Made by a program: the position numbers and the translations under genes. The notes under the pieces were generated by a model that was not told the origin of the DNA, searched no databases, and was given only the letters and a program-made list of their open reading frames with translations. Shown one piece after another: positions 51,689 to 64,000 of a stretch of 64,000 nt of DNA; the stretch's first letter is position 1; the number at the start of each line of letters is the position of its first letter. The DNA is from Octopus vulgaris (taxonomy: Eukaryota), in the NCBI GenBank assembly GCA_951406725.2, contig OX597816.1, positions 175,212,001 to 175,276,000 on the forward strand, given 5' to 3'.

Positions 51689-53153
51689 CTGAGAAACAAA
51701 AAAAGGTGATCCTTTTTTTTTTGACATAGTACAAAGTTAATAATAATAATAATAATAATAATAACAATAATAATAATGATTTCAAATTTTGGCACATGGC
51801 CAACAAGTTTGGGGGAGGGGGAGGTCAATTACATGGACCCCAGTACTCAACTGGTACTTATTTTATCAACCCTAAAAAACAAAAAAGATGAAAGGCAAAG
51901 TTGACCTCGGGGGAACTCAGAATGCAAAGCTGGACAAAATGCAACTAAGCATTTGGCCTGGCATGCTAATGATTCAGCCACCTTCAATAATGGTTTTAAA
52001 TTTTGACAGAGGGCAACAGTTTTTGAGAGGAGTTTGGTTCGGTCCTATGGTTTGTTAGCTCCTGTCAAACCAAATAACCCATGCCAGCATAGAAATAGAC
52101 ATTAAACTGTGATGATGATGATTTCTACCAAACTCTCGGTTCTTTCTGAGAGTATTACTGTTTTTGTCGTTGTTACAGATCTATAATTAAAGACAGTGCA
52201 ATTGTGACTAATCCATCCAATTTTTTCATAAATTTATGACTACAAGGTCCAAGTCATTTAATTTTTCAAGATCATCCTTTAACATCCTCATTGTCCTTTA
52301 ATATCCATTTTTCATGCTGGCATGGGTTGGAAGGTTTGACCAGAACTAGCAAGCTTAAGAGCTGCACCGGGTTCCAATCTGATTTGGCTTGGTTTTTACA
52401 GCTGGATCTCCTGCCCCATGCCAACCACTTTACAGTGTGTGCTGGGTGCTTTTAATGTGGCATCCACATGAGCGCTTATACACAGAGCCAGCACAAATGC
52501 CTTTTACACTGCATCAGCACAGGGCCCTTGCAGGCTGATCCCCTTCATCAGGGAGAGTGGCCTTGACACTTCTGCTGTGGGGGATGGGTCTTCTTGAATA
52601 CAGCAAGGCACCAGATATCTTGAGTCTTTGTCATCGCCTTCAAATGGTAAAAGTGCAATTTGAGGGAGATTTAGCTGTTATTTCTAGCAAATCGAGTTAC
52701 CACAGAGAGGATCCTTTACTGGTTCCAGAGTATACAGTTTAACAGAGAGTTTGGTTTTCTTTTGATCTTGATGGTTGACACTGTTGAGTAGTAGTCCTAA
52801 CCAGGTAATTAATTAGTCTTAACTTTAGTACTTCTCTTCACTAACACACGAAAATGACAGGATAGGCTAAGTCAACCTTGACAAGATGTGTACTTAGATT
52901 GTTAAGTGACTAAACAATTTAATAATTATCAAGCTGTAAACCAGTAGGATTTGTCACATATGCAATGCAGGTGAGTTGACAAACTTCAATTACCTGAGAT
53001 CATCCTAGCAATCAGGAGTCAAAATCACCTCAAGTAGAAGTTTAAAATCTTTAAAAAAAAACAACAAACAAGGGAGATAATTCTAATATGATCATTTGTA
53101 TGTTATTAAACAGTTTGAGAGGATAGAGTAGACATAAACTGAAAGAATCCATC

Positions 53154-53185
<32 letters not shown>

Positions 53186-53277
53186 ACATAAATAATATTA
53201 GGGTAATAAGAATTATAGAAATTCTTATTACCAGTGGCCTAGCACAAAAAAAATAGTCAATAGACTAAATATTATCC

Positions 53278-53398
53278 ACATAAAAATATTGTGTACATTA
53301 AAACACATGAAGAGGCTTCCAAATAAGAAATCCTTGGCACAAGGCTTTCCTATTTGGAAGCCTCTTGATGTGTCTTAATGTACACAATATTTTTATGT
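53278..53398. repeat. Hairpin, ~59 bp arms, 3 nt loop
   Basis: 53278-53336 pairs with 53340-53398; embedded between TA tracts. Confidence 0.92.
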
Positions 53399-53442
53399 AT
53401 ATATATATGTATATATATACGTATATATATATGTATATATAT

Positions 53443-53677
53443 ACGTAAAAGCACCATCCGTTCGTGGCCGTTCGCCAGCTCTGTCTGGCACCTGTGCAGG
53501 TGGCACGTAAAAAACACCCACTACACTCGCGGAGTGGTTGGCGTTAGGAAGGGCATCCAGCCGTAGAAACACTGCCAGATCTGACTGGGCCTGACGAAGC
53601 CTTCCAGCTTCACAGACCCCAGTTGACCCGTCCAACCCATGCTAGCATGGAAAACGGACGCTAAACGATGATGATGA

Positions 53678-53680
<3 letters not shown>
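53443..53680 (+). mobile_element. RTE LINE 3' end fragment
   Basis: UTR unit plus (GAT)n tail. Further copies at 54241-54690(-) and ~57440-57738(+). Confidence 0.85.
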
Positions 53681-53726
<46 letters not shown>

Positions 53727-53822
53727 AAGTTAATCCAAACAAGAAAACAAAAAAAACACAACACGAGGACGTGGAACAAATAAAGTATTATTGGACGCTC
53801 AGGAAAGAAGGGAAGAAGGAGG

Positions 53823-53857
53823 GTTTGACGTTTCGAGCGGAGCTCTTCGTCGGAAAC
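53823..53857 (-). ncRNA. Minimal hammerhead-ribozyme-like motif (second copy, GUC triplet)
   Basis: Minus strand: GTTT-CCGACGAA-GAGC(tcc)GCTC-GAAAC-GTC-AAAC, inside repeat 53725-53926. Confidence 0.68.
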
Positions 53858-54849
53858 ATAGAAGGAAAGATCCAGAGAAGGGAAGACAGAGGAAAAAAAT
53901 CGCCAACGGTACTCACGAGGTCACATATTGAAAGACCGGAAGTAGACATACATACATACATACATATACATATATATATATACATACATAGAGACAGATG
54001 GATATAGATATATGCTTCTTATATATATATATGTGTGTGTGTACATATATATATACACAGACACACAGAGTGTTCAAAAAGTCTCTCCACAGTAACTATC
54101 TTGTTGCAAAATAAATATTTACGAGATGGTATAAGACTACAGAATAATATATTACACTTTATAAGACTTCAAAAAGCTTTATAAGGTGTTGAAAGTATTG
54201 TCCTTCATTTTCAATACATAAGTTGACTCTTCTACACATTATCATCATCATCATTTAACACCCGTTTTTCCATGCTGGCATGGGTTGGACGGTTTGACTG
54301 GGGTCTGGGAAGCCAGGAGGCTGCACAAGGATCCAATCTGATCTGGCAGAGTTTCTACAGCTGGATGCCCTTCCTAATGCCAACCACTCTGAGAGTGTAG
54401 TGGGTGCTTATTATGCGCCACTGGCACAGGGGCCAGAGGAGCTGGCATCGACCCCGATCAGATGGTGTTTTTACAAGCCACCGGCACAGAAGCCAGTCAA
54501 AGTGGCACTGGCATTGGCCATGTCTGGATGGTGCTTATTACGTGCTACCGACATGGGGGTCACAACTACAATTTCCATTTGATATTGATGTTGATGTACT
54601 TGACTCAACAGGTCTCCTCAAGCACAGCAGGTCACCCTACGATCCAAGGTACTTTTGAGTGGGCTGGTTATGCGACACTGGTGTAGGTTACAGTTGTATA
54701 TATATATATATATTGTATATAACATCATCATCATTGTTTAACATCTGTCTTCCATACTACCATCAGCTGGATGGTTTGATAGGATCAAAACATCTGTTTA
54801 AGTCAAAGGAATGCATTGACCACTAACGTCTGCTCTGACATGATATTTT

Positions 54850-55162
54850 CGATTGGATTGTTTGTTCTTTCTTGAGCCATGCCATGCCTGGCTCATAAGA
54901 GCCGGTTTCGCAGTTTCCTTGGTGTAAAGGTTCCCCACCTGAATGGGATACCGGTCCATCACAGGTGAGCTGCAAGATGCAGGAGGAAAGAGTGAGAGAA
55001 AGTTGTGGTGAAAGAGTCAGCAGAAGTTCGCCATTACCTTCTGCTGGAGCTGCGTGGAGCTTAGGTGTTTCGCTCATAAACACACACATTGCCCAGTCTG
55101 AGATTCGAACCTGCGATCCCTCAACCGCAAGTCCGCTGCTCTAACCACTTTTGTGCCTCCAC
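54850..55162 (-). mobile_element. SINE of the subfamily nested at 48745-49040
   Basis: Reverse-complement match including tRNA-like head GTGGTTAGAGCAGCGGACT...GGTTCGAATCTC. Confidence 0.83.
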
Positions 55163-55456
55163 TTTTGACTGGATACTCTTTCTAATACCAGTCACTTAAT
55201 AGAGTGTACTGGGTGCTTTACTTTTTTCATTTTTTCTTCTTTTTGTGATTCTGGCACTAGTGAGGTTACCAAGTTGCTACTAGGCCATTCAATTGAAACA
55301 GTGAAATAGGTTTTATTTTTGACTTTTGAAATTTTATTCATTTTGGAAAAAATATGTAAAATTTCTTTAGAATTACTCACTTTCACCCAGCAAAATGTTG
55401 AAACATATCAGGTAAGAGACTCTGCAAGTCTGATTATATATACAAAATATTCTTAC

Positions 55457-55543
55457 CAGTTTGAGGTAGCTTTCTCATCATACACCGATATCTGTCTGGT
55501 GTCACATTATTTGCAAGCTCAGTGGTATAAGTTTTAATTGTTT
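55457..55543 (-). CDS. Flavin-reductase-like gene, exon 2
   Basis: 87 nt, ETIKTYTTELANNVTPDRYRCMMRKLPQT; joins exon 3 to give MRKLPQTVVLITT, the domain start. Confidence 0.9.
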
Positions 55544-55896
55544 CTGAAATCACAAGATGTAGATTTTTAGGAACATTCATAAAAATAAGAGAAGTTATCA
55601 TTTTCCTGAAGAAAATTATATTAACAGAATCATACATAAGTGACACAATTTTAACGGTAGCCATTAAGACATTAGAACAAAGTTGTCAAAAAAATTATAT
55701 GAAATTCTGAGAAATTATGTAAATAAATTAATTTTTTCATTTAGTGGTATTTTGTCTGTCTTCAGATTCTGAGTTCAAATTCCAACACGGTCGATTTTAC
55801 CCTTCATCCTTTCGGGGTCAATAAAATAATTACCAGTTGATGCAATTGACTTACACTCCTCCCTAAAATTGCTGGCCTTGTGCCAAACTTTGAAAT

Positions 55897-57125
55897 TATT
55901 ATTATTATTATTACTACTTAAGACATTGCACAGTATCCAATATTGTGATGATGTTGATAGAAGATATTATGTCTACCAGGGGCTGGGACTGTGTCACAAC
56001 AAGGACATCAGACAGACAGTGCTTTATGCAATATGTGTACAGTTCCAAGTAAAGCCGATTTTTGCAATACACCCAGATTGTAGGCTATTTCTAAAGCTTC
56101 CAGATCTTTCTTCAGGTTGAGTAGTATTGAACCCAATGCTCCAATGACAATAGGGACAACCTTTACATTTGACTCTCGTAGCTGCCTCATCTTGGCGATC
56201 TCAATTCTCTGGTCTCCATATTTATCAATCTTTTCTCTTTCTTTCACGATGATATGTTGATCTCCTGGCACTGCCAGATTAGGCACTCACTCTTGTTTGT
56301 CCCCCCTAAAGGTTACTATACCTGGCCTTCGGTGCTCCTTGTCTGGAAGTCAAAGTCCCTGAGGATTTTTGCCTTCCCCTTTACGTCCATTACCTTTTCC
56401 AGTGTATGTCGGTACCAAGCACCTATTACCTCGTATCCATACCTCCAGCATGGTAGCCAGTGAAGGTTTTGGGCTACCTTGTCATGTCTGCACTTGTACT
56501 CTTTCTGCACAAGACTCTCACAAGCACTAACAAAGTGAGTCACGCTTTCGACCCTCTTCCCACACATTCTGCAAAGGTTCGTTGCACTTGTGTGATATGT
56601 ATCCCTTCTCACTGAGTTGGTATTCAATGCCTGGTCCTGGGCAGCAATGATTAGGCTTTCAGTCTTCTTCTTTTAGGTCTACCTTGCTGAGCCACCTCTA
56701 TGATGCTTCCTGGTCTTTTAAGCTGTTAATTTCACGGTGGAACTGACCATGTAATTCCATGCGGAATAAGGTTTCTTCTTTCTCATTGGTTGTTCATGAT
56801 CGGAATTCATTAGCAGTCTCAAGTCCATTTTTGGTAAATCCTTCTGCATTAGCAGCATACTGTAGCAGGTCTTATTTGCTGTTTCCTTCTTTCAACGTTG
56901 ATGCACTCCTGTGCACTAGTCAGCCCAAGTCTACCTCTACACTTCTTTATATAGAGCCTGTGTACATTCCCCTTAGGGTGGAGGGCACCATGCATTGTCA
57001 TTGCTTTCCAGGTAGTGCGATCAAGTTGGTTAATCTCCACTTGTGTCCATTTCAGGATGGGTGCACTATAGCGGACTACAGCAACAGCCCCTATGTTGAT
57101 GGCAGTCACAAGGTTCCTTGAGTTG
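55897..57125 (-). mobile_element. R4/Dong-like non-LTR retrotransposon, decayed 3' fragment
   Basis: Broken ORFs: HGALHPKGNVHRLYI..GRLGL, CRMCGKRVESVTHFVSAC (CCHC), RHDKVA, AVPGD...KEREKIDKY, VVPIVIGALG (REL endonuclease). Adjacent (TAA)n on minus. Confidence 0.85.
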
Positions 57126-57904
57126 AGTTTTGATCCGTTGTGATCCTATGACATGCGGTCAACCAACACAAGCTGTCACTCCAGCTGGATGATCCTCAGG
57201 TTCTTTCAATTCTGTCAGACTAACGTAAAAACAAATAGCAAACAACTTTTCCTTGAAGGCCAGTTATCTATAAAAGATGATTAATATTACTAACGAGAGA
57301 TCTTCAACAGCAGTGTTTCTCAACCGGGGTCTGTATTAACCCTGAGGGTCCATATAAGATTTTGGGGTCCACGCAACAAATTAGTAAATTGGGAATCTAC
57401 AATAGTATTTTAAAGGTCCCTGAAAAAATTTTGCTTTAGATGTATTCGAGCATGATTGTTACAAATGTCGCTTCACTGGCACCTGTGCCGGTGGCACGTG
57501 TAAAAAGATTCAAGCAAAGTTGTTGCCAGTGCCGCCTGACTGGCCTCCATGCCAGTGGCACGTAAAAAGCACCCACTACACTCTTGGAGTGGTTGGCATT
57601 AGGAAGGGCATCCAGCTGTAGAAACTCTGCCAGATCAAGATTGGAGCCTGGTGCAGCCATCTGGTTCGCCAGCCCTCAGTCAAAATCGTCCAACCCATGC
57701 TAGCATGGAAAGCGGACGTTAAACGATGATGATGATGATTCAGCCCACCGTGTACTTGTGTACTTGGAGATAATATTGTCTAAAACCATAATTTGAATGC
57801 CTTTAATTATAGGTTTGCTCTACCAGGGTTGACCTGGTGTTAAATAATAACTTCCATTTCAAAAGTTGAGATAGGTGGATCTCATAAGTAGACAAGGTAA
57901 CTAG

Positions 57905-58338
57905 GAAGTTCGGTCAATGTAAAGACCTTCACCTGGGAACAAAAGAAAAAATAATAAACCAGCTGGGAGGGGGTGTACAAACAAGTGTGTGGAAAACGAA
58001 AATGAAAAAAAAAAATGACGACCCTGGGGGGTGGGGACTTTTGGAAAATTCACAAGATCCGATTTTTCTGTCATAACTTCAGGTAAAATGGATATATATT
58101 GATTTTTGTTTTTACGGAATCCCATGTTTTTGGTTATGGAGGATCCAATTCTGAAAAAATTTTTTTCAAAAAATCGTATTTTCAAAATTTCAATAACCAC
58201 CCCCACCCGGAATTTTTTTTTTTTTTTTGTGAAATACATAGAAAAATTAGATTACGATTCTGAAAAAAAAAATTGGGTTTGTAAAATTTCAATTTTTTCA
58301 ATATATATATATATGTTTCACATTTATGTGTTTACTCC

Positions 58339-58376
<38 letters not shown>

Positions 58377-59397
58377 CTCAGGCCTTCAAGCAGGCTATCC
58401 ACATGCTAGAAATAACAGCCAAATCTCACAAGACTTTGATAACATAATGCAATCAATCTATTCACTTTTCTGCAAAGATTTCTTTCAGAATAATTTCCCG
58501 CAGGAATATGACAAAGTAATTCATGTGAAATAAAAGTGTTTTTTTTTTCTTTTTTTGAAACTTAAAACATTTTTTTTTTTTTTTTTTGCGAAATACGTAG
58601 AAAAGTACGAAGATTACGATTCTGAAAATAAATTTGTAAGTAAAATTTCAATTTTTCAACAAGAAATATATATATATATATATATACCCTCAGGCCTTCA
58701 AGCTATCCACATGCTAGAAATAACAGCCAAATCTCACAAAACTGCGATAACATACTCTTTTACTCGTTTCAGTCATTTGACTGCGGCCATGCAGGAGCAC
58801 TGCCTTTATTCGAACAAATCGACCCTAGAACTTATTCTTTGAAAGCCTAGTACTTTTTCTTTCGGTCACTTTTGCCGAACCGCTAAGTTACAAGACGTAA
58901 ACACACCAGCATCGGTTGTCAAACGATGTTGGGGGGACAAACACAGACACACAAACATATACACACACATATACATATATACATATACACGACAGGCTTC
59001 TTTCAGTTTCCGTCTACCAAATCCATTCACAAGGCTTTGGTCGGCCCGAGGCTATAGTAGAAGACACTTGCCCAAGGTGCCACGCAGTGGGACTGAACCT
59101 AGAACCATGAGTAAGCTACTTACCACACAGCCACTCGCGATTTTTGAATTTTTTTTTTTTTTTCAGAATCGGATCCTCCATAACCAAAAACGTGGGATTC
59201 CGTTTTAAAAAATCAATATATATCCATTTTACCCGAATTTATGACGGAAAAATCGGATTTTGTGAATTTTCTGAAAGTCCCCTCCTCATGCATTTTCTTT
59301 TTTCATATTCGTTTTCCACACACTTGTTTGTACCCACCAGGCTGGTTTACTATTTTTTGTTCCCTAGTGAAGGTCTTTATATCGACCCTGAAGTTCT
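57905..59397. mobile_element. Fold-back/MITE-like structure with ~250 bp inverted ends, internal direct duplication and a SINE A insertion (58755-59135)
   Basis: ~57905-58160 is an imperfect reverse complement of ~59155-59397; ~58215-58445 is repeated at ~58570-58755. Confidence 0.7.
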
Positions 59398-60035
59398 TGT
59401 CTCCAACGTTGTTTTTAATATTTAGTCTCAGATCAACCCTGATCGAGTAGACAACGTTTCAATTATGCCATTCTTAATTCTTAAGCGTATATTTGGTGTT
59501 ACATAATTAGGCTATACCGTAAATTACCTACCAAATTTATGTTATAGGTTTTTTTTAATGCTTTCTATAAATTGTTTACGTCCACTGTATAAAATATTCA
59601 TTTTTTAACATCTGCATTTGAGGAATGAGTTCAGTAATGAAGGTACGCTAATCTCGGTACGCTAATCTCCAATATTGCCCATTATCTAATGCAGTATTCT
59701 TTTTATTTATTTTCTTTTTTTACATGATATGAGTGAGGGAGATTTGACTGCAATTTCTAAGAAATCGAACAACTACGTAGATGCTACAGCGATGACTAGA
59801 ACTAGATGCACTTTTAAGATTTGTTGATGCCAAACACAAAATTGAAGAATTGAGTGCCAAATCCAAGAAACTTTTAAACGATCATCTCAAAATATAACAA
59901 TTATAGATTCAAAGATTGTAGACGATTCATTTGATTTCACTCGGTCACATAAATTAATTTAAATATGTAAAGGACAAAAGAAATGTTGAGTTCAATGAAT
60001 TAGACGTGTCCGCCAAAGTGATTTTAAAATCTTAC

Positions 60036-60222
60036 CTGTTGTGCATTTGTGTTCAGCAGAACAAAGATAGCGAAGTTGGTTATATACATTCGATTTAGGT
60101 ATCTTTGTTGATAAAATAAATATGTATTTTGTTTTAATAAACATGCTGCTATGAGTATTGGTCCCAGTTATTTGTCTACCACTGACATGAGAAATGGTCC
60201 TAAATATACTTTTTATCAACAT
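60036..60222 (-). CDS. Flavin-reductase-like gene, exon 1 (putative mitochondrial presequence)
   Basis: ATG ORF MLIKSIFRTISHVSGRQITGTNTHSS..., rich in S/T/R/K with almost no acidic residues. Donor CAG|GTAAGA is phase 1 and matches exon 2. All ten exons sum to 1101 nt with no stop. Confidence 0.75.
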
Positions 60223-61858
<1,636 letters not shown>

Positions 61859-62304
61859 CATGATTTGACCAAGAAAAGAATTTTGTAATCGGAATTCATC
61901 ACACACACACACATATATAAACTAAATAGTTATAAATAGTAAACTTTTCGAAGTTGATGCTAAGTTTTTGCTGATTTGTTGTTGGCTTGCCTCACCTTTT
62001 CTTTTTTTTTTGTTATTTTATTGGTTTGTTAGTTGCAATTTTTAGTTTCTAGAATGATTGGGGGGGGGCTAATGCGATTCTGCATTATCCCCGATTTTTG
62101 TTTGTTAAATATCAAAATCTCGTATTTAAGTTAGGTTCAAAACACATTCGTGTGTGTGTGTGTGTGTGTGTGCATGCTTGTATCACACACAGTTGTTTAG
62201 AAAAGGCGATCAGAAAGATTTTCTTGTAGCCATGAATATATTTGACATTAAATCAAGAAATAGTCTATACAGAGAATTAAAATATAATAATAGTCGGTAC
62301 ATCA

Positions 62305-62338
<34 letters not shown>

Positions 62339-62382
62339 CAAAATTAGAGAATGGAGAAACATACTTAAATCAGTAAAACATC

Positions 62383-62383
<1 letters not shown>

Positions 62384-62420
<37 letters not shown>

Positions 62421-62451
62421 ATGTATATATATATATGTGTGTGTGTGTATG

Positions 62452-62482
<31 letters not shown>

Positions 62483-62583
62483 ATGTATATATATGTGTGT
62501 GTGTGTGTGTATGTATATATATATGTGTGTGTGTATGTATATATATATATGTGTGTGTGTGTGTGTATGTATATATATATATA

Positions 62584-62626
<43 letters not shown>

Positions 62627-63115
62627 ATGTATATATATATGTGTGTGTGTATGTATATATATATGTGTGTGTGTATGTATATATATATGTGTGTGTGTAT
62701 GTATATATATATATATGTGTGTGTGTATGTATATATATATGTGTGTGTATGTATATATATGTGTGTGTGTGTGTCTGTATATATATGTGTGTGTGTGTGT
62801 GTGTTTGTGTAGATGAGGGGTAAGGCGTGGGTCCTCGTGGAAAAAAAAAACTTCAGATTCTAGAATGATTAAATAAACCTCAACAGGTTATTTCAGCCAC
62901 TAACTGAGAGCTAGAAAAGGGGAATGCAATTAAATCAATTTATCTTAACATTCGGTGAGACATTTTGTTTAATTGTGATTTCACACGCACCCATATATAT
63001 ACATATATATATATGTGTGTGTGTGTATATATATATATGTGTGTGTGTGTATATATTATATATATGTGTGTGTGTGTGTGTATATTATATATATATGTGT
63101 GTGTGTGTGTGTGCA
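62384..63115. repeat. Compound (TA)n(TG)n microsatellite arrays
   Basis: 62384-62810 and ~62990-63115. Confidence 0.95.
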
Positions 63116-64000
63116 GTTTTGAAGCTACAGTAACTTCTTGTCTATTTACGATGGTAGTTAAGGGTTTTCTGATGAAATATACTTTTTATATTTTTGCATA
63201 TATATATATACATACACGCACGTATGTGCACTTGTGCTCTATTTATTAACATATATATATATATATATATATATATAGTGTGTGTGTGTGTGTGCATACA
63301 TTTATAGATAGATAGCTGGTTCCATGACTTTCAATTTTATTGAATTAATATTCCCGTCACTGACTGGGAAAAAATATGGCAAAGTTTTCAAGTTCTAGAT
63401 TTATCCGTTATCTTATTACATTTCATATTATCCGAAATATGTACAGTTAATGTTATGATTATATTTAATGAATATCCAATATCGGAATCTTTTCCTTTTT
63501 ACGAATTAATAACGAATTATTTAATTATTCCGAACATCTCCGTTAGTTGGAACAATTATCCAAAGAACGCAAAATTTTGGAAAAACTGAAGGAATGTTCC
63601 ATGTTAAGATCAGAAGGTTAACGCAATGTCCTGGCCAACGGGAAAGTTCGGAACACTTGACTCTCTTCCCATCTTTATGCTTATTTTGGCTCAACCGATG
63701 AATGACATCGATCATTCAAGAGAAACTTTCTTGAATTTAAGAAGCAGTTATTTATTTATATGTTGACTCTTTTAGTCAGTGAATCCATTCAGGCCTGCAT
63801 TGATTTCTCTCTCTCTCTGCTTTTGTCTGTACCTTTATGTGTGAATGGGATGTATACGACGAAGTTAACCTATTATAATTACTGGTGTAATTAAGTAATT
63901 ACACATATATATATGTGTGTGTGTATACATACATCTATATGTATATGATATTACTATGTTAGTTATGAATGTAATAATATAAACCAACTTTGGTTGTAGA

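Noticed and set aside
52129-52180. AG/GT-bounded 52 nt open segment on minus (ICNNDKNSNTLRKNREF) as an exon of the flavin-reductase-like gene
   Set aside because: Phase does not fit between exons 2 and 3, which already join to give the conserved motif; the donor is weak.

Overview
AT-rich, repeat-dense animal DNA. The SINE/RTE repertoire and (TA)n/(CA)n load look like an octopus (cephalopod) genome; this is inferred from repeat families only. There are four spliced host genes. (1) Three internal + strand exons of a Staufen dsRNA-binding protein (2640-13281), with no further exon recognisable. (2) A complete RPS9/uS4 gene (+, ~31174-36340, 191 aa). (3) A complete 10-exon minus-strand gene (60222->38387, 366 aa) assembled by hand: a putative mitochondrial presequence, a flavin-reductase-like domain and an uncharacterised C-terminal domain, with degenerate His motifs. 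(4) Exon 1 of MRM2/FTSJ2 (+, 61028-61337), head-to-head with gene 3. The most striking structure is a ~5.8 kb palindrome of two near-identical arms of a young Penelope-like retroelement (RT + GIY-YIG), between a 100-N scaffold gap and a ~2.35 kb pure A/T satellite. Four small fold-back hairpin insertions at AT/TA tracts share a terminal leader motif that resembles this element's end, and several minimal hammerhead-ribozyme-like motifs are scattered through the window. The rest is RTE and R4-like LINE fragments, tRNA-derived SINEs, mariner/Tc1/pogo/hAT relics, piggyBac-type MITEs, a Helitron and microsatellites.
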